DNA from: Candidatus Electrothrix sp. GW3-4
GTDB taxonomy: Bacteria; Desulfobacterota; Desulfobulbia; Desulfobulbales; Desulfobulbaceae
Direction of reading: 5' to 3'
DNA length: 32,000 nucleotides
Assembly: GCF_037902255.1 (NCBI RefSeq)
Contig: NZ_CP147990.1
Span: 60,001-92,000 of the forward strand
Shown here: positions 15,582 to 23,962 of the stretch, piece by piece
Position numbering within the stretch: the first letter of the stretch is position 1
Layout: the number at the start of each line of letters is the position of its first letter
Made by a program: the position numbers and the translations under genes
The notes under the pieces: model-generated
Databases searched by the model: none
Told to the model about the DNA's origin: nothing
What the model saw: the letters and a program-made list of their open reading frames with translations, nothing else

Positions 15582-17723
15582 ATGCGTATCCATCGTTTTG
15601 TTTCCAGTCTGTTACTTGCCTTTTTGCTGACAAGCTCGTCAGTGTACGGCAAGGTAATGCCGGTGGAATTCGACCTCGGTCGTAACCGCCTTATTGCTGC
15701 GATGCTGAGGAGTCAACTTTCTGCCCAGCATTTTGATCATAAGCCGTTTGATGAGCAGATGTCCAAGGAGGCCTACAAACTTTATATCAGCCAATTGGAC
15801 CCGAAGAAACAGTTTTTGCTGGCCTCAGATGTTGCGCAGCTGGATCAATTTGCCGATCGGATTGATGACGAGATCAGTAATGGCCATATCTCCCTGCCCG
15901 ATGTGGGGATGAAACTGCTCAATAAGCGAGTAGAAAAGGTGGGCGCATTGATTGACGAGGTCATGGCTGCGGGCTTTTCTCCCAACAAAAAGGACTCGCT
16001 CCAGACGGACCCAGATAAACTGACTGCCCCTGCCGACCGTGCGGAGCTGAAAGACCGCTGGCGGCGTTCCTTAAAGTTAGAAGTGCTGGACAGCTATCTT
16101 GAGGCTGTGGATAAGGAAAATAAAAAGCGCGAAAAAGAGGAGAAGGCTCTGCTGGATGCTGAAAGCACGCAGATTGATCAGGGGCTTTGGGCAGAGGCAA
16201 TGAAGAAGGTGCGCAAAAAAACAGATGCCTATCTGGAAAGGCTGCTCAAAGTGAGCCGTCAGGAGCATTATAACCGCTATTTTGATGCGGTGGCCCGCTC
16301 CTTTGATCCGCATACCAATTATATGGCCCCCACCTCGAAAGAGGATTTTGATATCCATATGAGCGGTTCTCTGGAAGGTATTGGTGCCCTATTGCGGGAG
16401 GACGATGGGCATATCAAGGTGGTTCGTATTATACCCGGCAGCGCGGCAGAGGCCCAAGGGCAGCTCCAGGCCGAGGATGTCATTATGTCGGTCTCTGAAA
16501 AGGACGGCGAACCAGTGGATATTTCCTCAATGAGTATCCGGGAGGCGGTCTCTTATATACGGGGACCCAAGGGCACAGAGGTTCGCCTGACCGTGACCAG
16601 GGCTGACGGCACCCGTCTGGTTATTCCTATTGTTCGGGATGTGGTCAAGCTGGAGGAAACCTATGTCAAATCCACTGTGATTAAGGAAGAAAAAGAGGGA
16701 AAGGTGGGATATATAAAGATCCCCAGCTTTTATCGTGATTTTTCAGCAGGACGTTTGGGCAAAGAGGGGCGCAATGTCACTGATGATACCCGCGCTGAGT
16801 TGCATAAGCTGAAAAAAGAAGGCATTAACGGGCTTATCCTGGATCTACGCAATAACGGTGGTGGCTCTCTGAGCGATGCTGTCAATGTCTCTGGTCTGTT
16901 TCTGCCCGGTGGCCCGATGGTCCAGGTCAAAAATTCACAAGGCGTGATTCGCGTTCTTGAGGATAAGGATCAGGACGTTGTCTATGATGGGCCGATGATT
17001 GTGCTGATTAACCAGTTTGCTGCCTCTGCCTCAGAGATCTTTGCCGCTGCCATGCAGGATTACGGGCGTGCCTTGGTTGTTGGTGGTGCCCATACCCATG
17101 GGAAGGGCACTGTTCAGGCCCTGCTGGATATGAATCGCAATCTCCCCCTGCTCCATCTCAAGAAATATGACGATTTGGGCGCCTTGAAGGTCACTATCCA
17201 GAAATTTTACCGGGTGAACGGGAGCTCAACCCAATATAAGGGCGTTGTGCCGGATGTGGTCCTGCCCAGCATGCTGGATTATCTGGAAACCGGCGAGCAG
17301 TACATGGACAACTCACTGCCGTGGGATACGGTTGAGGAGGTTGCCCATCCACTCTGGCACGGATCTCGTTTTGATTTGAAAAGGGTGCAGGAGCAGAGTC
17401 GCAACTATGTGGCGCACAGCAAGCGTTTTCAGAAGATCAAAGAGGAAAGCCTGAAGGCAAAGAAACGCAAAAAAGAAACAGAGGTCCCTGTGTATTTAGC
17501 CGGGGTTATCAAAGAGCGAAAAGAGCTTGAGCAGGCGAGAAAAGAGGCCAGAGAGGCAGGTGTCCTTGCTGATGAGGAAGATGAGGCAGACGAGGACGCG
17601 GTGGCAAAAGAAGGTGAAAAGACCTTAGATGAAAAACTTTCCCATGATCTCTATGTGGACTTTGCGGTTTTTCTGATGGAGAACTCCAAGACAGTGGAGT
17701 TGGCTGCTGATACGAAAAAATAA
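15582..17723 (+). CDS. prc: Carboxy-terminal (tail-specific) processing protease, S41 family
   Basis: Signal peptide MRIHRFVSSLLLAFLLTSSSVYG, a PDZ region (GIGALL...IPGSAAEAQGQLQAEDVI), LDLRNNGGGSL and SASASEIFAAAMQDYGRA. Confidence 0.9.
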   Translation: MRIHRFVSSLLLAFLLTSSSVYGKVMPVEFDLGRNRLIAAMLRSQLSAQHFDHKPFDEQMSKEAYKLYISQLDPKKQFLLASDVAQLDQFADRIDDEISNGHISLPDVGMKLLNKRVEKVGALIDEVMAAGFSPNKKDSLQTDPDKLTAPADRAELKDRWRRSLKLEVLDSYLEAVDKENKKREKEEKALLDAESTQIDQGLWAEAMKKVRKKTDAYLERLLKVSRQEHYNRYFDAVARSFDPHTNYMAPTSKEDFDIHMSGSLEGIGALLREDDGHIKVVRIIPGSAAEAQGQLQAEDVIMSVSEKDGEPVDISSMSIREAVSYIRGPKGTEVRLTVTRADGTRLVIPIVRDVVKLEETYVKSTVIKEEKEGKVGYIKIPSFYRDFSAGRLGKEGRNVTDDTRAELHKLKKEGINGLILDLRNNGGGSLSDAVNVSGLFLPGGPMVQVKNSQGVIRVLEDKDQDVVYDGPMIVLINQFAASASEIFAAAMQDYGRALVVGGAHTHGKGTVQALLDMNRNLPLLHLKKYDDLGALKVTIQKFYRVNGSSTQYKGVVPDVVLPSMLDYLETGEQYMDNSLPWDTVEEVAHPLWHGSRFDLKRVQEQSRNYVAHSKRFQKIKEESLKAKKRKKETEVPVYLAGVIKERKELEQARKEAREAGVLADEEDEADEDAVAKEGEKTLDEKLSHDLYVDFAVFLMENSKTVELAADTKK

Positions 17724-17771
17724 CCGCCTCGCATAGTTCTCCCTCACTGGAGGGGGAGAAAAGTACCTTTC

Positions 17772-17810
17772 AAGGCCTCAGGGATGTGATTCTCTGGGGC
17801 CTTTTCTGTT
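17772..17810 (+). terminator. Rho-independent terminator after prc
   Basis: AAGGCCTCAGGG...CTCTGGGGCCTT stem (one G-U pair) followed by a TTTTCTGTTT tail. Confidence 0.55.
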
Positions 17811-17822
17811 TGCCCTGAACGT

Positions 17823-17899
17823 AAAAGGGGACAGATTTATTTTTAATGAGCACCTGGCGGAAAATTGGATGCCTTGGAAAAATAAATCTGTCCCCTTTT
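17823..17899. repeat. Perfect 22-bp inverted repeat separated by 33 nt
   Basis: AAAAGGGGACAGATTTATTTTT (17823-17844) is the exact reverse complement of AAAAATAAATCTGTCCCCTTTT (17878-17899). Confidence 0.9.
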
Positions 17900-18018
17900 T
17901 GCTCTTTTCCAAGGAGTATTAAAATTTTGCTTGAAATCAACCCATAATCATGCTAGAGCAATTTGCACTGAACAGACTTCACTGTCAACGGTGGAGAAAA
18001 AGGTGTCTAGGGAAAATT

Positions 18019-18558
18019 ATGAATATATCTGAAGCGTTTAAAAATAAAGAGAAAAAAATAATCGACACCTGGGTGGAAAGGGCGCTGGATTCTTATACCT
18101 CAGCGGATTTTTTCAAACAGAGCAAGGATCAGTTTGCCAATCCTGTGGGGGCAAATATTCGAGTAGGGTTGACCAAAATTTTTCACCTGATCCTGGCAGA
18201 GGCTGATGCGCAGGATTTTGCCGAGCCCCTTGATCAGGTTGTTCGTATTCGAGCGGTGCAGGAATTCACCCCTGCCCAGGCCGTTGCACCGCTGCTTGAG
18301 CTCAAATGGGTGGTGAAGCAGGTCTTTTCCGCAGATGAAAAATGCCGTTCGTTGTTGCCTGAGCTCAATCCCTTTGACCGTGATGTGGACAGGATTGCCC
18401 TGATGGCCTTTGATATGTATATGAACTGCCGGGACAGGCTGTATCAGGCCCGCATTCGTGAGTTGAAAAGCGGCAGTTATATTTTAACGGACTCTTCCTG
18501 CGCCTCTGCGGCGGTTCAGGAAAATCTGCAGGACATAGCCTCACTGTCCAATGAATAG
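18019..18558 (+). CDS. RsbRD_N-like small helical protein upstream of dsrM
   Basis: IIDTWVERALDSY...SKDQFANPVGANI resembles my memory of RsbRD N-terminal-domain proteins. Start at ATG 18019 is preferred over 17950. Confidence 0.45.
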   Translation: MNISEAFKNKEKKIIDTWVERALDSYTSADFFKQSKDQFANPVGANIRVGLTKIFHLILAEADAQDFAEPLDQVVRIRAVQEFTPAQAVAPLLELKWVVKQVFSADEKCRSLLPELNPFDRDVDRIALMAFDMYMNCRDRLYQARIRELKSGSYILTDSSCASAAVQENLQDIASLSNE

Positions 18559-18670
18559 GGGAGGCTCCAACACTGTGGTGAAGTGTCGGGACATTTACGC
18601 TATTATCCTTTGTCCTGATACTTAAAGATATAGTTGTATTATTTTTTAACCTGAAGAGAAGGAGCGATCA

Positions 18671-19696
18671 ATGAAGTACCTCTTCCCCTTGGTTGCCGTC
18701 ATTGTCCTGGCACGAATTGCATGGGTAGGGTCCACGATTCCCGGTATGCAAAACGTGTTCGGCATTGACGTGCCCTATGCAGCCCTGATTTTATTTATCG
18801 GTGGCTTCTGCTGGCGGGTCGTTTATTGGGCCAAATCGCCGGTCCCCTTTAAAATCCCAACGACCTGTGGGCAGGGCTACTCCATGCCCTGGATAAAGCG
18901 GAATAAACTGGAAGCCCCGAAGAACACAACCGAGGTCATCGGCCGGCTGTTCATGGAGATTGTTTTTTTCCGTTCCTTATGGCGGAATACCAAGGCGAGC
19001 ATGCAACCGGGCCCGGTCTTGACCTATAGGTCCACCCGCTGGCTCTGGCTTTTCGGTATTGTTTTTCATTACAGCATGCTGATCATCCTGCTTCGTCATC
19101 TGCGCCTCTTTGTCGAGCCCGTACCTTTTCTGATCAGCGCCCTGGATGCCTTTGACGGGCTGGCGCTCAACCCTACCCCGGAGCTTTCGCTCTATGTAAC
19201 GGACGGACTCATCCTTCTCGGTCTGCTGGCCCTTCTCCTTCGGCGTTTTCTCCTTCGCCCGGTACGCTATATCTCTTTAGTTAATGATTATTTTCCGCTT
19301 TTTCTCCTGATTGGTATTGCAGTGAGTGGTATTTCCATGCGCTATTTCCTGCGCAGCGGGGTGGATATCATCGCTATCAAGCAGCTGCTTGTGGGGCTGG
19401 CTACCTTTAAGCCGGAAATCACCACTGAGATCGCCCCTATCTTCTACACCCATCTGTTCCTGGTTTCCTGCCTGCTCGCCTATTTCCCCTTTTCCAAGCT
19501 GATGCATATGGGCGGGGTTTTCATGAGCCCGACCCGGGATATGGCCAACGACAGCAGAATGAAGCGTCATATCAATCCTTGGAACCCTGACATCAAACCG
19601 CACTCCTATGCCTCCTATGAAGATGAATTCCGTGAGGATATGGTTGAGCAGGGAATCCCGGTTGACAAGGAACTGCCTGAGAAGGCTGAAGACTGA
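18671..19696 (+). CDS. dsrM: DsrM, membrane dihaem-b subunit (NarI-like) of the Dsr complex
   Basis: Multi-pass membrane protein with conserved His residues. RBS GAAGGAG. It lies directly upstream of a DsrK-type HdrD-like protein and a trihaem cytochrome. Confidence 0.85.
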   Translation: MKYLFPLVAVIVLARIAWVGSTIPGMQNVFGIDVPYAALILFIGGFCWRVVYWAKSPVPFKIPTTCGQGYSMPWIKRNKLEAPKNTTEVIGRLFMEIVFFRSLWRNTKASMQPGPVLTYRSTRWLWLFGIVFHYSMLIILLRHLRLFVEPVPFLISALDAFDGLALNPTPELSLYVTDGLILLGLLALLLRRFLLRPVRYISLVNDYFPLFLLIGIAVSGISMRYFLRSGVDIIAIKQLLVGLATFKPEITTEIAPIFYTHLFLVSCLLAYFPFSKLMHMGGVFMSPTRDMANDSRMKRHINPWNPDIKPHSYASYEDEFREDMVEQGIPVDKELPEKAED

Positions 19697-19726
19697 CGAC
19701 TAACTCTAATATATAAGGATTGAACA

Positions 19727-21358
19727 ATGGCAGTTATAACAAAAGATGAGTTGTCAAAGAATGTGGCTGAAGAGCCTTCGATGATGACCGGTTCCACCCC
19801 GCCTAAGGGGTGGCTGGAGACGCCGGTAAAATTCAAGCCGGGAAACTATGCCTATCCCACCAAAGCGGAAAAACTGGAATACCTGAACAGCCAGCAGGGC
19901 GTCAGCTTCCCCAATGCCCGGGTTTGGAATCCCGAGGACGAAGACTGGAAGCTGCCCGCAAACTGGAAAGAGATTATCATCAACGGTCTGGCGGACCGCC
20001 TGGATCGCTTTCGTTCCCTGAAGATCTTTATGGATTGCTGCGTTCGTTGCGGGGCCTGTGCAGATAAATGTCATTTCTTTCTCGGTACCGGTGATCCCAA
20101 GAACATGCCGGTCCTGCGGGCCGAGCTGTTGCGCTCCGTGTATCGCAAGGAATTCACCTTAGCAGGTAAGATTCTCGGCAAGATGGCAGGTGCTCGCGAA
20201 ATGACCGCAGGGGTGCTGAAAGAGTGGTTCATGTACGCCTACCAGTGTACGGAATGTCGTCGCTGCTCGGTCTTCTGCCCTTACGGTATTGACACCGCTG
20301 AGATAACCATGATGCTGCGTGAGCTCCTTCATATGGTGGGTTGCGGTATTAACTGGGCCATGGAGCCAGTGTCCAACTCCAATCGGACCGGTAACCATAT
20401 GGGTTTGACTCCCCAGGCCTTTAAAGGGAATGTTGATTTTCTCTGTGAAGATGTTGAAAGTCTCACCGGCGTGAAGGTCAACCCCACCTTTAACCGCAAG
20501 GGCGCTGAGGTTCTCTTTATTACCCCGTCTGCTGATGTCTTTGCCGAGCCAGGTCTCTTCACCTGTATGGGCTATCTGCTCCTGTTCGAGGCCATTGGCC
20601 TGGATTATACCTGGTCAACCTATGCCTCTGAAGGTGGTAACTTCGGCCTCTTCACCTCCAACGAGATGATGAAGAAGCTGAACGGTAAGATGTACGCCGA
20701 GGCTGAGCGTCTGGGTGTGAAGTGGATCCTCGGTGGTGAGTGCGGCCATATGTGGCGTGTTATCCATCAGTACATGGACACCATGAACGGACCAGCCGAT
20801 TTCCTTGAAGTGCCGAAATCACCGGTCACTGGCACGGTGTTTGATAATGCGGCCTCCACCAAGATGGTCCACATCAGCGAGTTCACCGCTGACCTGATCA
20901 AGCATGGTAAGATCAAGCTGGATAAGAGCCGTAATGCGCATGTGAAGGCGACCTTCCATGATTCCTGCAACACGGCCCGGGCTATGGGTATGCTGGAGGA
21001 GCCTCGCTACATCCTTAATCACGTCTTGGAAGAATGGCATGAGATGCCTGCAAATACCATCCGCGAAAAGACCTTCTGTTGCGGTTCCGGTACAGCGTTG
21101 AACACAGACGAGATCATGGAGCTGCGCATGCGCTCTGGCCTGCCTCGTGCCAATGCAGTCAAGCATGTCTATGACCAGCATGCCATTAACACCTTGGCCT
21201 GTGTTTGCGCCATTGACCGGGCTACCCTGACGACCTTGATGAACTACTGGGTTCCTGAAGTGGAAGTAGCCGGTGTGAGCGAATTGGTCGGTAATGCCTT
21301 GGTGATTGAGGGTGAAGATCGACAGGAACTTACTGAGGGTCTGCGGACTCTGGTGTAA
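19727..21358 (+). CDS. dsrK: DsrK, HdrD-like Fe-S subunit with CCG domains
   Basis: Two ferredoxin-type clusters, CVRCGACADKC and CTECRRCSVFCPYG. CCG-domain cysteines occur in FHDSCNTARA and TFCCGSG. Confidence 0.9.
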   Translation: MAVITKDELSKNVAEEPSMMTGSTPPKGWLETPVKFKPGNYAYPTKAEKLEYLNSQQGVSFPNARVWNPEDEDWKLPANWKEIIINGLADRLDRFRSLKIFMDCCVRCGACADKCHFFLGTGDPKNMPVLRAELLRSVYRKEFTLAGKILGKMAGAREMTAGVLKEWFMYAYQCTECRRCSVFCPYGIDTAEITMMLRELLHMVGCGINWAMEPVSNSNRTGNHMGLTPQAFKGNVDFLCEDVESLTGVKVNPTFNRKGAEVLFITPSADVFAEPGLFTCMGYLLLFEAIGLDYTWSTYASEGGNFGLFTSNEMMKKLNGKMYAEAERLGVKWILGGECGHMWRVIHQYMDTMNGPADFLEVPKSPVTGTVFDNAASTKMVHISEFTADLIKHGKIKLDKSRNAHVKATFHDSCNTARAMGMLEEPRYILNHVLEEWHEMPANTIREKTFCCGSGTALNTDEIMELRMRSGLPRANAVKHVYDQHAINTLACVCAIDRATLTTLMNYWVPEVEVAGVSELVGNALVIEGEDRQELTEGLRTLV

Positions 21359-21387
21359 ACAGCCCGACATGAGAGCGGAGGAAAAAT

Positions 21388-21780
21388 ATGTATGATAAAG
21401 GACAAACCATAACGCTACTGGTGATCTTTGTTTTATTGATCACCTTTCCCATATGGTACAATAATTTTCTTGGTGATGTCGAGGCAATGCAGCCGGTTTC
21501 GGACAATAAGCTGGATGGAGCCATGTTCCAGAGCATGTCCTTTCCCAATGACGCGAAGCACGCGCTGTCTACCCCGGAGATGCGCAGTACCCATATGGAT
21601 ATGCTGCAGGATATCCATGCAAAGGCTATGGCAGATGGTTATGCGCCGGAAAAAGATGGCAAGAAGAACCAGATGCAGTGCCTGATGTGTCATGGAACCA
21701 AAGAGGCCTTCTGTGATAGCTGCCATGCCCACGCAGCGGTAGAGACACCGGATTGCTGGTCCTGTCATAACAAGCAGTAA
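21388..21780 (+). CDS. dsrJ: DsrJ-like membrane-anchored trihaem cytochrome c
   Basis: An N-terminal hydrophobic anchor and three CXXCH motifs (CLMCH, CDSCH, CWSCH) clustered in the last ~35 residues. RBS GGAGGA. Position is immediately after dsrK. Confidence 0.8.
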   Translation: MYDKGQTITLLVIFVLLITFPIWYNNFLGDVEAMQPVSDNKLDGAMFQSMSFPNDAKHALSTPEMRSTHMDMLQDIHAKAMADGYAPEKDGKKNQMQCLMCHGTKEAFCDSCHAHAAVETPDCWSCHNKQ

Positions 21781-21819
21781 GGCGAGGACTAACAGCCTTT
21801 CAGCTTTCTGCTGAAGATG

Positions 21820-21857
21820 AAGCCTCCTGATTAGAAATGATCAGGAGGCTTTTTTTG
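21820..21857 (+). terminator. Strong rho-independent terminator ending dsrMKJ
   Basis: AGCCTCCTGAT-loop-ATCAGGAGGCT followed by a T7 run. Confidence 0.85.
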
Positions 21858-21956
21858 TTTCAGATTTTATGGTATATTTCTTCTTTCACTTTTGCTCATC
21901 AATAAAAGTGATTAAACTGATTCATCCCTATTATCCTTTACCAGCAAAGGTATCCC

Positions 21957-22691
21957 ATGTCGGTCAATGCGGCACCTTCTCAACGTATCCTTGTTCTGCA
22001 GTATTCCTTTAGCGCGCAGACGAAAAAACTCGTCCGTTCAATGGTTGAAGGGCTGGAGGAGTATCCTGTTTCTGTGTTTCGAGAATGTCTTGTCCCGGTC
22101 GATGAGCAGCATTTTCCCATCGGTACCGTCCCCAAGACGGTGATAAAGATGATCGTAACTCTTTTTCGCCAACGGGTTCCTATACAGCCCTTGTCCTCGC
22201 GCTGCTTTGAGGCGTATGACCTGGTTATTCTGGCCGGACCGACCTGGTCTTATAATCCCAGCGGACCAGTGCTCTCCTTGCTGGATCGGGACGGGAAGCG
22301 GCTCTTCCGTGATCAGGTGGTGTTGCCCGTGATCTCCTGCCGGGGGTTCTGGCGGACCCATTGGTGGGGGATCCGCTCGCTGCTCAGGAAACTTGGGGCC
22401 AGGGTGCCCAACGGGATTATCTTCAGTCATCCCAGCAAGGAACCCTGGTGTACCATCGGGGTCTTTCTTAAACTGGCTGGTAAGGTGCCGGAGCGGATGT
22501 CCTGGATGCAACCTCATTATAAAAAATATGGGCATAGTCAGCAGCAGCTGGCTGAGGCCCGTCGCTTTGGGGAGATGATCGGGCGGGCGCTGACCCAGGG
22601 GAGGAGTTGGAGGGGTTGGAGTTTAGGACCAAGGTGGCGATTTATGAGGGGTAGGGGAGGAGACGGACTGATTACCGTCCCGTCTGCATAG
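21957..22691 (+). CDS. Flavodoxin-fold-like hypothetical protein, possibly frameshifted at the 3' end
   Basis: ILVLQYSFSAQTKKLV at the N-terminus and LVILAGPTWSYNPSGPV fit a flavodoxin-like beta-alpha pattern. The last ~30 aa (RSWRGWSLGPRWRFMRGRGG) look non-native. Confidence 0.4.
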   Translation: MSVNAAPSQRILVLQYSFSAQTKKLVRSMVEGLEEYPVSVFRECLVPVDEQHFPIGTVPKTVIKMIVTLFRQRVPIQPLSSRCFEAYDLVILAGPTWSYNPSGPVLSLLDRDGKRLFRDQVVLPVISCRGFWRTHWWGIRSLLRKLGARVPNGIIFSHPSKEPWCTIGVFLKLAGKVPERMSWMQPHYKKYGHSQQQLAEARRFGEMIGRALTQGRSWRGWSLGPRWRFMRGRGGDGLITVPSA

Positions 22692-22863
22692 CCGGACATT
22701 GCCATGATATCTCGGGTTGTGCAGGGTGAGCTTGCTCCCTAAGGCGTCTTTCGTGTTTGTCAAATATATGGTTTCGATCTGATCGATTGCGTGCTTGCGG
22801 TCCAACCAAACGCATGTAGTTGTATGTTACGAATGCGTGGTTTCGTGTGAAAGGAAACTGGTG

Positions 22864-22901
22864 GCTCGGGGGGAGCTTTGCTCTCCCCGAGCTGCTTTTT
22901 T
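22864..22901 (+). terminator. Rho-independent terminator-like hairpin
   Basis: GCTCGGGGGGAG-ctttg-CTCTCCCCGAGC followed by TGCTTTTTTG. It is probably the terminator of the flavodoxin-like gene (~170 nt 3' UTR) or of an unannotated small transcript. Confidence 0.6.
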
Positions 22902-22958
22902 GATTTTCAATGTTAAGCGCTATATAGTATGATGAATCTATTGCTGTCAATAGTATGA

Positions 22959-23887
22959 AAGTTTCCTGTTTATAACGGATTCTATTGATACCCGGAATTT
23001 CCGTTCATAGAAACAGATATGAGTAAGTTGTTTAGCCACATATCATCGTATCGTTTTCCGTTCAGACGTTCCGCCTGACAGATTTTCCCGCTGAGTAGGA
23101 AACCACCTGTCCGTATTCACCGATTCGGGAGCATAAGCAGGGTTGACCGACCGAGCCTCATCGGCAAAAACTCCGTAGGCTTTCTTTAAACTGAATTCAG
23201 AGGCTGAATCCGCAAGTTCTGCACCGAGAATGCATTCTTTCGCAACGGTCATGGCGAGATAGTGTTTTTTTCCCCGGCACGAAGTATGCTTTTCGTCGAT
23301 CAAAAGATATCGAGGAAGTTTTTCGGGAGATTTTACTGTTGTTCCGACGATATTAAATCGTCCGAGAGCCTGCTCCTGTCTGTACCAAAACATATTGTTG
23401 CGCCCGAACACATAGGTCAAGCCCCAGTACGGAACATTGAAACGGCGCAGAAAAAGAGCTTTCTCAACATCTTCGCTCAATGCTGTCATGTACGGCATAA
23501 GAAAGGCTGGTACTCTGGTGGACGTAACTTTTCTCCTATTAACCCTGATCCTTCTATGTCAGTATCCCTGTTTTAGCAAAAGCGGAGTCAAATCGTTCAG
23601 GACATAACCGCAGTCAAAGTGAACAGGAAACAGTTCAGGACACTCCCTGTATTAACGATCTATTTCCTTTTTTGCAAAGAAACGATCAGTTATGAATTTA
23701 ATGTCTTCTTTCTGCAGCAGTGGTAGCCTTATGATTCTATCGCCTCCTGGGCGTTTATCTTTTGTTTTCAAGAGCTGTCGATCTGTGTATGTTAACGGAG
23801 GTTGCTTCTCAGTGTAACTTTACACGATCAATAGTTTTTTTGCATATTTTACCGCGATCAACTAAATCCGTTATAAACAGGAATCTT
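22959..23887 (-). mobile_element. Decayed insertion sequence (~0.93 kb) with imperfect terminal inverted repeats
   Basis: IRL 22959-22989 (AAGTTTCCTGTTTATAACGGATTCTATTGAT) and the reverse complement of IRR 23857-23887 (AAGATTCCTGTTTATAACGGATTTAGTTGAT) match at 27 of 31 positions. They bracket a truncated transposase-like ORF. I found no target-site duplication. Confidence 0.65.
23043..23558 (-). pseudogene. Transposase remnant (truncated or frameshifted)
   Basis: The 151-aa ORF is open a further 20 codons upstream without a start, up to a TGA at 23559-23561. YLLIDEKHTSCRGKKHYLAMTV resembles the first-Asp region of DDE transposases. It is too short to carry a full DDE triad. Family not identified. 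Confidence 0.45.
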
Positions 23888-23962
23888 GTACTCACCCTTA
23901 TTAGATACCAACGAACAGTGGCCAGACACGCAGCTCTGCCGCTCTCATACTACAGAAAAGAG

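Noticed and set aside
22672-22950. 92-aa - strand ORF between the flavodoxin-like gene and the IS, and the idea of a stand-alone sRNA ending at the 22864-22901 terminator
   Set aside because: The ORF runs antisense through a strong + strand terminator and has no RBS. The sRNA idea has no promoter support beyond a weak TTGTCA, and the hairpin is most simply the 3' end of the upstream gene.
23762-23962. Long N-terminal extension of the AMMECR1 ORF given by the ORF track
   Set aside because: The extension would be translated from the right terminal inverted repeat of the IS remnant. The AMMECR1 homology begins only near ATG 23963.
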